DNA of 64,000 nucleotides from Eledone cirrhosa (lineage: Eukaryota). The notes under the pieces were generated by a model. The model searched no databases. It saw only the letters and a list, made by a program, of their open reading frames with translations, and was not told the DNA's origin. The first letter of the stretch is position 1. Every line of letters starts with the position of its first letter. The stretch lies in contig OZ024743.1 of assembly GCA_964016885.1 (NCBI GenBank), forward strand, positions 140,058,001 to 140,122,000. The letters are read 5' to 3'. Shown piece by piece: positions 1-11,659 of the stretch. The translations under genes and the position numbers were made by a program.

Positions 1-2163
1 TAACACTCCATTAAAAACCATTACAACCGTCATTAAAATGCCATAAAATACCATTAAAACGCCATTAAGAACGCCATTAAAATCGTCATTAAAAACCTCA
101 TTAAAAACTACATTAAAACTTCATTAAAAACTCCATTAAAACCTACATTATAAACTCTATTAAACTCCATTAAAAACTCAATTAAATCCCCCATTAAACC
201 CCCATTAAGCCCCATTAAAAGCCCCTGAAAAATGCAACTAAAAACAAATTTTAAAACCCCATTAAAACACAATTAAAAGTCCATTGGAAACCCCATTAAA
301 ATTCCATTAAAAATTCATTAAAAACTTAGTAAAAACTCGATTTTATACTCAATTAAAAAGGTAATTGAAAACTCAATTAGCACACCATTAAAAACTCATT
401 AAAAAGCCCATAAAAACTCCATAAAAAATCTAATTGAAAAACATTAAAAATTCAGTTAAAAACCTGATTGAAAACCCCAATAAAAGTTCATTAAAAAAAC
501 TCCATTAAAAAATCAATCAAAACCCCATTAAAATAACATTGAAACTTATCGAAGCGTCATTAAGGATACCATTAAAAAACACCATTAAAACGGCATTGAA
601 AACCCATTATAAAAAATTAAAGGGTCCGTAAAAAACACCATTATAAATCCATTAAAAACCTAATTGAAAAACCCATTAAAAATCAATTTTTAAACTAGAT
701 TAAAAACGCAATTAAAAACGCAATTAAAAGCTCAATGAAAAACCATTAAAAACACCATTAAAAACTCTAAAAAAAAAAGAGCACTAGCCATTAAAACTCC
801 ATTAAAACCCATTGAAACCTACTACCCCCATTAAACCCCATTAAAATTGCATTAAACACATTACACATCCATTAAAGCCCATTAGAAGGACCATCAAATA
901 TTTAAATTTAAACTAAATCAGAAACTCGCTTAAAACACCATTAAAAACACATTAAAATGTCACTAATACCATTAACAACCACACCAAAAACTCCATTAAT
1001 ATACCATTAAAAACCGCATTGAAAACCCATAAAATCCCAAGTAAAGATCTTTTAAAAAACTACATTAAAAACCCAATTAAAAAACCCATTAAAACGCCAT
1101 AAAAGTCATTAAAACGTCATTTAAAGTACCATTAAAAACGTCACTAGAAACCCAATTAAAAACACATTAAAAATTCCATTTGAAACCATATTAAAAATTT
1201 CATTAAATGCAATATTGAAAAACCCATTAAAAACACCAGTGAAAACTCATATAAATACTCAATTAAAAAACAAATTAAAAATCCTATTTAAACGTCACTA
1301 AAACACCATAAAAAACACAATTAAAACGTCATTAAAACACCATTAAACTATCATTAAAAATTACATTGAAAACACCATTAAAAATTCAATTAAAACCCCA
1401 TTAAAAACCCATTAAAAAGATCATCATGAACGCACTTAAACACCATCAAAAACGCATTAAAAATTAAATTAAAAAGCAATTAATTTTTTTTATCAAACCC
1501 CCATTAAAATTCCATTAAACACTCCATTAAAAACAACATTGAAAACCCCCATTAAAAGCTCATACAAAATTATATTAAAAACCCAATAAAAAACAATTAC
1601 AACGCCATTAAAACATCATAAAAACTCATTAAAATGTCATTTAAAATGCCATTAAAACCCTCACGGGGGGAAACGCAATTAAAAACACCATTAGAAATTT
1701 CATTAAAAACTCCATTAAAAATCATATTTAAAGTCAATTAGAACCCTTATTATAAATTCCATTAAAACCCATTAAGTATCCAATTGAAAAATCCATTAAG
1801 AGCTCATTAAAAATACTCCATTAAAAACCCAATTAAAAATCATTAAAACGCATTTAAACACCATAAAAACACAATTAAAACGCCATTAAAAAGACCATTA
1901 AAAACTCCATTAAAACATCCTTGAATCTATTAAAAATTTCATTAAAAACGCAATCAAAAATTCCATTAAAAACCCATTTAAAACTCATAAACAACACCAT
2001 TGAAAACCCAATTAAAAACTCCATAAAAAACCCATTAAACACCATCGAAAATCACATTAAAATTACATTAAAACACCATTAAAAAGCCATTAAAACCCAA
2101 TTTTAAACGCAATTAAAAACTGAATTAAAACACTATTAAAAACTCATAAAAAAGGCTCATAAA
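1..2163 (+). repeat. Degenerate ~10-12 bp satellite, consensus ~CCATTAAAA(A)NN, A/C-rich orientation
   Basis: Continuous CCATTAAAA/CAATTAAAA/TCATTAAAA motifs with very few G. Confidence 0.92.
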
Positions 2164-2626
2164 TAATGGGGTTTTCAATTGTTTTTTTATGAAATTTATA
2201 ATATGGCTTTTAATGAACTTTTTAATGGGCTTTTAGTGGAGTTTTTAATGGATTTTTATGGAATTTTTAATGGCATTATTAATGGTTTTTTAATTGGGCT
2301 TTTTGTGATGTTTTAATGGCGTTTTTATGACATTTTATTGTGTTTTGTGGCGTTTTAATGGCGTTTTAATTGGTTTGTTATTGGGTTTTTAATAGAGTTT
2401 TATGAACTTTTAATATGGGGTTAATGGGTTTTGAATGTGTTTTCAATGGAACTTTTAATTGAGTTTTTAATGAAATTTCTAATGGGATGTGTAATTGAAT
2501 TTTTAATTGGTTTTTAATGGGTTTAGTGGGTTTATAGTGGAGTTTTTAATGGTGTTTTAATGGTGCTTCGATTGAGTTTTTAATTGAGTTTTTAATTGAG
2601 TTTTTACTGAGTTTTTAATTGAGTTC
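2164..2626 (-). repeat. Same degenerate satellite in inverted orientation (TTTTAATGG on + strand)
   Basis: Abrupt switch at ...GGCTCATAAA|TAATGGGGTTTTC to TTTTAATGG/TTTTAATTG motifs. Confidence 0.92.
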
Positions 2627-2953
2627 TTATTTTATTTTATTTTATTTATTTTTTATATTTAATTTTTTTTTATTTTTTTTTATTTTATTTTATTTTTATT
2701 TATTTTATTTTATTTTATTTTATTTTATTTTATTTATTTTAATTTATTTTATTTATATTTTTTAGTTTTTTTTATTTTATTTTATTTTATTTTTTTTTAT
2801 TTTATTTTATTTTATTTTATTTTATTTTTTTTTATTTTATTTTATTTTATTTTATTTTATTTTTTATTTTATTTTATTTTATTTTATTTTATTTTATTTT
2901 ATTTTATTTTATTTTATTTTATTTTATTTTATTTTATTTTATTTTATTTTATT
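2627..2953. repeat. (TTTTA)n microsatellite, degenerate at left and pure at right
   Basis: Direct reading; flanked on both sides by ATTGAGTT of the host satellite. Confidence 0.97.
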
Positions 2954-3008
2954 GAGTTTTTAATTTAGTTTATAATTTAGTTTATAACTTAGTTTATAAT
3001 TTAGTTTA
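2954..3008. repeat. 12-bp minisatellite (TTTATAATTTAG) x~4
   Basis: TTTTTAATTTAG TTTATAATTTAG TTTATAACTTAG TTTATAATTTAG; repeated at ~9560-9614. Confidence 0.85.
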
Positions 3009-3013
3009 TTTCT

Positions 3014-3144
3014 CCCTCTTCTCCCCCTACTGTCCTCTACAGCCAGATCTGCCTTTCTTTACCCCTCCCAAGTCTCTTCCCTCTTCTCCCCCTACTGTCC
3101 TCTACAGCCTGATCTGCCTTTCTTTACCCCTCCCTAGTCTCTTC
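3014..3144. repeat. 2 x 65 bp pyrimidine-rich tandem duplication
   Basis: CCCTCTTCTCCCCCTACTGTCCTCTACAGCC(A/T)GATCTGCCTTTCTTTACCCCTCCC(A/T)AGTCTCTTC starts at 3014 and 3079. Confidence 0.93.
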
Positions 3145-3255
3145 ATTATTCAGTTTTGTTTTTATCTTTCTAAAACATCCTAGTTTTAATGAAATTAAAA
3201 GGAAATAGCAATCGCTATAAGTGTGCAAGCCAGCATGTAACTTCATGTGTGTGTG

Positions 3256-3900
3256 TTTTTAATGGAGTTTTTAATTGAGTTTTAATGGAGTTTTAATTGA
3301 GTTTATAATGGAGATTTAAATGGAATTTTTAATTGAGTTTTAATGTAGTTTTAATGGTGTTTTATGCCGTTTTAATGGTATTTTAATGGGGTTTTTATTT
3401 GGTTTTTTATAAAGTTTTGGGTGCGCTTTTAATAGGGGTTTAATGGGTTTTCAGTGTAGTTTTTAATGACATTTTTAATGGTTTTCCAATGGAACCTTAG
3501 TGGTGTGTTAATGCAATTTTAATTGGTTTAATGGGCTTTTAATTGTGTTTTTAATGGTGTTTTAATTGAGTTTTTAATTGCGTTTTTATTGAGTTTTTAT
3601 TTCGGTTTAAATTTGAGGTTTTAATGTCTTTTCGAGGGGGGGGTTAATGGGGGTTTTAATGGGGTTTTAATGGGGACTTTTAATGGAAACTTTAATTTTG
3701 TTTTAATTGGGTTTTTATGGGTTTCCAATGTGGTTTTTAATGGCGCTTTTATTGGCATTCTTAATGATGTTTTAATTGTGTTTTAATGGGGGGTTTGGTT
3801 GGGGTTTTAATGGAGTGTTTTATGAGCTTATAATGGGGTTTTTAATGGGTTTTTCAAAATAGATTTTTAATTGAATTTTTAATGTGGTTTTTAATGGGAT
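3256..3900 (-). repeat. Inverted-orientation block of the degenerate CCATTAAAA satellite
   Basis: Continuous TTTTAATGG/TTTTAATTG motifs. Confidence 0.9.
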
Positions 3901-3901
3901 T

Positions 3902-3935
<34 letters not shown>

Positions 3936-4009
3936 TATAATATATAGTGTGTGTGTATATATATATATATAGTGTGTATGTATATATATATATATATATA
4001 GTGTGTGCG

Positions 4010-4040
<31 letters not shown>
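3901..4040. repeat. Compound (TA)n/(TG)n microsatellite
   Basis: (TA)n runs separated by GTGTGT blocks; second copy at ~10510-10648. Confidence 0.92.
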
Positions 4041-4041
<1 letters not shown>

Positions 4042-4435
4042 ACACAAATATTAGCATATACATATTTTCTTAGTAATTGAGGATGTGTTTTTTATACATA
4101 CATATGCATATTGCATCCATACATACACACATACAAGCATATACATACACATACACACACATATATATACACACACTGTATATATATACATACACACACA
4201 CACATATATATATATACACCACACACTATATATATATATAGTGTGTATGTGTATATATATATGTGTGTGTGTGTGTATGTATATATATATATACAGTGTG
4301 TGTATATATGTGTGTGTGTATGTCTATGTATATGCTTGTATGTGTGTATGTATGTATGTATGCAATATGCATATGTATGTATAAAAACACATCCTCAATG
4401 ACTAAGAAATTATGTATATGCTAATATTTGTGTTA
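4040..4435. repeat. ~396 bp near-perfect inverted repeat (fold-back palindrome), copy 1
   Basis: Left arm TAACACAAATATTAGCATATACATATTTTCTTAGTAATTGAGGATGTGTTTT is the reverse complement of right arm AAAACACATCCTCAATGACTAAGAAATTATGTATATGCTAATATTTGTGTTA with 2 mismatches. Symmetry continues inward to ACACAC(TA)7GTGTGT at 4221-4246. Confidence 0.95.
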
Positions 4436-4634
4436 GTGTCTATATAAATGTATGTATGTAGTATATGCAAGTGTTCGTGCAAATTGAAAATAGATTTAAT
4501 AATTTTAATAATATCTAGAACAATGTGATCTAAAAAAAATATTTTTTAAGATACGAATATATCGTTGTCAGCTTAATATGGCACTAACGCAAAATATAAA
4601 TCCCAGTTTATATATAGTGTGTAACATGAAAGTG

Positions 4635-4636
<2 letters not shown>

Positions 4637-4718
<82 letters not shown>

Positions 4719-4843
4719 ATATATATATATATATATATATATATTTAATATATATATATATATATATTTAATATATATATATATATATATATTTAATATA
4801 TATATATATATATATATTTAATATATATATATATATATATATA

Positions 4844-4878
<35 letters not shown>

Positions 4879-4879
4879 A

Positions 4880-4923
<44 letters not shown>

Positions 4924-5101
4924 ATACACATATATATGTGTAAATATATATATACACATATATATGTGTAAATATATATATACACATATATATTTACACA
5001 TATATATGTGTAAATATATATATATACATATATATATACACATATATATGTGTAAATATATATATATAAATATATATGTATGTATATATATATATATATA
5101 T
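4637..5101. repeat. (TA)n array punctuated by TTTAA, followed by repeated palindromes TACACATATATATGTGTA
   Basis: Direct reading; palindromes at 4925, 4953, 4995 and 5037. Confidence 0.93.
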
Positions 5102-8100
5102 AAACACCATTAAAAACTCCATTGAAAAGCTCATAAAAACTCATTAAAAACCCAATAAAAAGCACACTAAACCACCATTAAAAGCTACATCCGAAACCCA
5201 TTAAAAACTATATTAAAACACCATTAAAATTCCATTAAAAACCACATTAAAATCCATTAAAAATCCAATTAAAAACAGTAAAAACTTAATTGTAAACTCA
5301 ATCGAAAGCGCAAGTAAAACAACATTAAAACCATTTAACACCCCATTAAAACCCACAAAAATACCACCAGAACCCATTAAAATCCCATAACCGCCATTAA
5401 AATTCCATTAAAAATATTATCAAAAACTTCATTTAAAACACACTGGAAACCCATTAAACTCCATAAAAAAATCCATTAAAAATAATCCATTAAAAAAATC
5501 CATTAAAAAAAATCCGTTAAAAAAAATCCATTAAAAACTCAATCAAAAACCCAATTAAAAGGCTATAAAAGAAACATTAAAACAGCATTTAAAAAATCCA
5601 TTAAAAATCCATTAAAAAAATACATTAAAAAAATCCATTAAAAAATCCATTAAAATTCCATAAAAAATCCATTAAAAATCCATTAAAAATCCATTAAAAA
5701 TCCATTAAAAATCCATTAAAAAACCATTAAAAATCCATTAAAAGTCCATTAAAAATCCATTAAAAAATCCATTTAAAAAATCCATTAAAAAAATCCATTA
5801 AAAAAATCCATTTAAAAAATCCATTAAAAAAAATCCATTAGAAAAAAATCAATTAAAAAAAATCCATTAAAAAAAATCCATTAAAAAAAAATCCGTTAAA
5901 AAAAATCCATTAAAAACTCAATCAAAAACCCAATTAAAAGGCCATAAAAGAAACATTAAAACAGCATTTAAAATACCATTAAAAACGCCATAAAAAACAT
6001 TAAAATCCCATTAAAAATACATTAAAGGCCCATTAAAAATTCCACTAAAAACCTCATTGAAAACCCCATTTAAAACCTAATTAGAAGCTCATAAAAACTC
6101 CCAAAACCCAATAAAAAAACCATTAAAACGTCATTAAAACGTCATAAAACGCTATTAAAACGTCATTAAAAATGTCATTAAAAACTCCATTGATAACTCA
6201 ATTAAAAACTGCATTTTGCCCCCCTCCTCCCCCATTAAAAACACATTAAACACTCCATTAAAATTACCATTAAAAACCAATTAAATACTCCATTAAACAC
6301 TATATTAAAACCGCAATTATAAATTCTTTAAAAATCCAATTAAAAAACATATTATAAACTCCATTAAAAATCCAATTAAAAACCCTACTGAAAATCCCAT
6401 TATAAAATTACATAAAAACCCATAATAATAGTCCTTTAAAAAACCAATTAAAAATCCTATTAAAACGCCATAAAAAACACCATTAAAACGTCATTAAAAA
6501 TACAATTAAAAACACCATTAAAAACTACATTGCAAATTCCATTAAAAGACCCATTAAAAACTCCATTAAAAACACCACTAAAAAGCCCATTAAAAAGCTC
6601 ATAAAACCCATTAAAATACAATCAATAACCAATTAACACTCCATTAAAAACCATTACAACCGTCATTAAAATGCCATAAAATACCATTAAAACGCCATTA
6701 AGAACGCCATTAAAATCGTCATTAAAAACCTCATTAAAAACTACATTAAAACTTCATTAAAAACTCCATTAAAACCTACATTATAAACTCTATTAAACTC
6801 CATTAAAAACTCAATTAAATCCCCCATTAAACCCCCATTAAGCCCCATTAAAAGCCCCTGAAAAATGCAACTAAAAACCAATTTTAAAACCCCATTAAAA
6901 CACAATTAAAAGTCCATTGGAAACCCCATTAAAAATTCATTAAAAACTTAGTAAAAACTCGATTTTATACTCAATTAAAAAGGTAATTGAAAACTCAATT
7001 AGCACACCATTAAAAACTCATTAAAAAGCCCATAAAAACTCCATAAAAAATCTAATTGAAAAACATTAAAAATTCAGTTAAAAACCTGATTGAAAACCCC
7101 AATAAAAGTTCATTAAAAAAACTCCATTAAAAAATCAATCAAAACCCCATTAAAATAACATTGAAACTTATCGAAGCGTCATTAAGGATACCATTAAAAA
7201 ACACCATTAAAACGGCATTGAAAACCCATTATAAAAAATTAAAGGGTCCGTAAAAAACACCATTATAAATCCATTAAAAACCTAATTGAAAAACCCATTA
7301 AAACTCAATTTTTAAACTAGATTAAAAACGCAATTAAAAGCTCAATGAAAAACCATTAAAAACACCATTAAAAACTCTTTAAAAAAGAGCACTAGCCATT
7401 AAAACTCCATTAAAACCCATTGAAACCCACTACCCCCATTAAACCCCATTAAAATTGCATTAACCACATTACACATCCATTAAAGCCCATTAGAAGGACC
7501 ATCAAATATTTAAATTTAAACTAAATCAGAAACTCGCTTAAAACACCATTAAAAACACATTAAAATGTCACTAATACCATTAACAACCACACCAAAAACT
7601 CCATTAATATACCATTAAAAACCGCATTGAAAACCCATAAAATCCCAAGTAAAGATCTTTTAAAAAACTACATTAAAAACCCAATTAAAAAACCCATTAA
7701 AACGCCATAAAAGTCATTAAAACGTCATTTAAAGTACCATTAAAAACGTCACTAGAAACCCAATTAAAAACACATTAAAAATTCCATTTGAAACCATATT
7801 AAAAATTTCATTAAATGCAATATTGAAAAACCCATTAAAAACACCAGTGAAAACTCATATAAATACTCAATTAAAAAACCAATTAAAAATCCTATTTAAA
7901 CGTCACTAAAACACCATAAAAAACACAATTAAAACGTCATTAAAACACCATTAAACTATCATTAAAAATTACATTGAAAACACCATTAAAAATTCAATTA
8001 AAACCCCATTAAAAATCCATTAAAAAGATCATCATGAACGCACTTAAACACCATCAAAAACGCATTAAAAATTAAATTAAAAAGCAATTAATTTTTTTTA

Positions 8101-8750
8101 TCAAACCCCCATTAAAATTCCATTAAACACTCCATTAAAAACAACATTGAAAACCCCCATTAAAAGCTCATACAAAATTATATTAAAAACCCAATAAAAA
8201 ACAATTACAACGCCATTAAAACATCATAAAAACTCATTAAAATGTCATTTAAAATGCCATTAAAACCCTCACGGGGGGAAACGCAATTAAAAACACCATT
8301 AGAAATTTCATTAAAAACTCCATTAAAAATCATATTTAAAGTCAATTAGAACCCTTATTATAAATTCCATTAAAACCCATTAAGTATCCAATTGAAAAAT
8401 CCATTAAGAGCTCATTAAAAATACTCCATTAAAAACCCAATTAAAAATCATTAAAACGCATTTAAACACCATAAAAACACAATTAAAACGCCATTAAAAA
8501 CTCCATTAAAACATCCTTGAATCTATTAAAAATTTCATTAAAAACGCAATCAAAAATTCCATTAAAAACCCATTTAAAAACTCATAAACAACACCATTGA
8601 AAACCCAATTAAAAACTCCATAAAAAACCCATTAAACACCATCGAAAATCCCATTAAAACACCATTAAAAAGCCATTAAAACCCAATTTTAAACGCAATT
8701 AAAAACTGAATTAAAACACTATTAAAAACTCATAAAAAAAGGCTCATAAA
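5102..8750 (+). repeat. Degenerate CCATTAAAA satellite, A/C-rich orientation, including a homogeneous (AAAAATCCATT)n expansion at ~5465-5895
   Basis: Continuous motif; 6634-8750 is colinear with 1-2163. Confidence 0.92.
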
Positions 8751-9212
8751 TAATGGGGTTTTCAATTGTTTTTTATGAAATTTATAATATGGCTTTTAAT
8801 GAACTTTTTAATGGGCTTTTAGTGGAGTTTTTAATGGATTTTTATGGAATTTTTAATGACATTATTAATGGTTTTTTAATTGGGCTTTTTGTGATGTTTT
8901 AATGGCGTTTTTATGACATTTTATTGTGTTTTGTGGCGTTTTAATGGCGTTTTAATTGGTTTGTTATTGGGTTTTTAATAGAGTTTTATGAACTTTTAAT
9001 ATGGGGTTAATGGGTTTTGAATGTGTTTTCAATGGAACTTTTAATTGAGTTTTTAATGAAATTTCTAATGGGATGTGTAATTGAATTTTTAATTGGTTTT
9101 TAATGGGTTTAGTGGGTTTATAGTGGAGTTTTTAATGGTGTTTTAATGGTGCTTCGATTGAGTTTTTAATTGAGTTTTTAATTGAGTTTTTACTGAGTTT
9201 TTAATTGAGTTC
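8751..9212 (-). repeat. Inverted-orientation satellite block, copy 2
   Basis: Colinear with 2164-2626. Confidence 0.92.
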
Positions 9213-9559
9213 TTATTTTATTTTATTTTATTTTATTTATTTTTTATATTTAATTTTTTTTTATTTTTTTTTATTTTTTTTTATTTTATTTTATTTTTAT
9301 TTATTTTATTTTATTTTATTTTATTTTATTTTATTTTATTTTATTTATTTTATTTTATTTTATTTATATTTTTTAGTTTTTTTTATTTTATTTTATTTTA
9401 TTTTTTTTTATTTTATTTTATCTTATTTTATTTTATTTTATTTTATTTTATTTTATTTTATTTTATTTTTTATTTTATTTTATTTTATTTTATTTTATTT
9501 TATTTTATTTTATTTTATTTTATTTTATTTTATTTTATTTTATTTTATTTTATTTTATT
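9213..9559. repeat. (TTTTA)n microsatellite, copy 2
   Basis: Direct reading; about 20 bp longer than copy 1. Confidence 0.97.
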
Positions 9560-9619
9560 GAGTTTTTAATTTAGTTTATAATTTAGTTTATAACTTAGTT
9601 TATAATTTAGTTTATTTCT

Positions 9620-9750
9620 CCCTCTTCTCCCCCTACTGTCCTCTACAGCCAGATCTGCCTTTCTTTACCCCTCCCAAGTCTCTTCCCTCTTCTCCCCCTA
9701 CTGTCCTCTACAGCCTGATCTGCCTTTCTTTACCCATCCCTAGTCTCTTC
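9620..9750. repeat. 2 x 65 bp pyrimidine-rich duplication, copy 2
   Basis: Colinear with 3014-3144. Confidence 0.93.
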
Positions 9751-9861
9751 ATTATTCAGTTTTGTTTTTATCTTTCTAAAACATCCTAGTTTTAATGAAA
9801 TTAAAAGGAAATAGCAATCGCTATAAGTGTGCAAGCCAGCATGTAACTTCATGTGTGTGTG

Positions 9862-10509
9862 TTTTTAATGGAGTTTTTAATTGAGTTTTAATGGAGTTTT
9901 AATTGAGTTTATAATGGAGATTTAAATGGAATTTTTAATTGAGTTTTAATGTAGTTTTAATGGTGTTTTATCCCGTTTTAATGGTATTTTAATGGGGTTT
10001 TTATTTGGTTTTTTATAAAGTTTTGGGTGCGCTTTTAATAGGGGTTTAATGGGTTTTCAGTGTAGTTTTTAATGACATTTTTAATGGTTTTCCAATGGAA
10101 CCTTAGTGGTGTGTTAATGCAATTTTAATTGGTTTAATGGGCTTTTAATTGTGTTTTTAATGGTGTTTTAATTGAGTTTTTAATTGCGTTTTTATTGAGT
10201 TTTTATTTCGGTTTAAATTTGAGGTTTTAATGTCTTTTCGAGGGGGGGGGGTCAATGGGGGTTTTAATGGAGTTTTAATGGGGACTTTTAATGGAAACTT
10301 TAATTTTGTTTTAATTGGGTTTTTATGGGTTTCCAATGTGGTTTTTAATGGCGCTTTTATTGGCATTCTTAATGATGTTTTAATTGTGTTTTAATGGGGG
10401 GTTTGGTTGGGGTTTTAATGGAGTGTTTTATGAGCTTATAATGGGGTTTTTAATGGGTTTTTCAAAATAGATTTTTAATTGAATTTTTAATGTGGTTTTT
10501 AATGGGATT
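9862..10509 (-). repeat. Inverted-orientation satellite block, copy 2
   Basis: Colinear with 3256-3900. Confidence 0.9.
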
Positions 10510-10543
<34 letters not shown>

Positions 10544-10617
10544 TATAATATATAGTGTGTGTGTATATATATATATATAGTGTGTATGTATATATATATA
10601 TATATATAGTGTGTGCG

Positions 10618-10647
<30 letters not shown>

Positions 10648-10649
<2 letters not shown>

Positions 10650-11043
10650 ACACAAATATTAGCATATACATATTTTCTTAGTAATTGAGGATGTGTTTTT
10701 TATACATACATATGCATATTGCATCCATACATACACACATACAAGCATATACATACACATACACACACATATATATACACACACTGTATATATATACATA
10801 CACACACACACATATATATATATACACCACACACTATATATATATATAGTGTGTGTGTGTATATATATATGTGTGTGTGTGTGTATGTATATATATATAT
10901 ACAGTGTGTGTATATATGTGTGTGTGTATGTCTATGTATATGCTTGTATGTGTGTATGTATGTATGTATGCAATATGCATATGTATGTATAAAAACACAT
11001 CCTCAATGACTAAGAAATTATGTATATGCTAATATTTGTGTTA
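10648..11043. repeat. ~396 bp fold-back palindrome, copy 2
   Basis: Colinear with 4040-4435 at offset 6608, with the same arm mismatches. Confidence 0.95.
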
Positions 11044-11244
11044 GTGTCTATATAAATGTATGTATGTAGTATATGCAAGTGTTCGTGCAAATTGAAAATA
11101 GATTTAATAATTTTAATAATATCTAGAACAATGTGATCTAAAAAAAATATTTTTTAAGATACGAATATATCGTTGTCAGCTTAATATGGCACTAACGCAA
11201 AATATAAATCCCAGTTTATATATAGTGTGTAACATGAAAGTGGA

Positions 11245-11269
11245 ATATATATATATATATATATATATA

Positions 11270-11314
<45 letters not shown>

Positions 11315-11416
11315 ATATATATATATATATATATATTTAATATATATATATATATATATATATATTTAATATATATATATATATATATATATTTAATATA
11401 TATATATATATATATA

Positions 11417-11484
<68 letters not shown>

Positions 11485-11485
11485 A

Positions 11486-11523
<38 letters not shown>

Positions 11524-11659
11524 ATACACATATATATGTGTAAATATATATATACACATATATATGTGTAAATATATATATACACATATATATATACACA
11601 TATATATGTGTAAATATATATATATACATATATATGTATGTATATATATATATATATAT
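11245..11659. repeat. TTTAA-punctuated (TA)n array with TACACATATATATGTGTA palindromes, copy 2
   Basis: Equivalent to 4637-5101 and about 50 bp shorter. Confidence 0.93.

Noticed and set aside
3020-3028. TCTCCCCCT shared between the 65-bp duplication and the B monomer core
   Set aside because: It is only 9 bp of low-complexity pyrimidine sequence with no flanking similarity, so chance is sufficient.
4528-4565. Small hairpins ATCT(A)8TA(T)6AAGAT and ACGA-ATATA-TCGT as terminator or regulatory elements
   Set aside because: They are short and AT-rich, have no associated gene, and are expected by chance at this composition.
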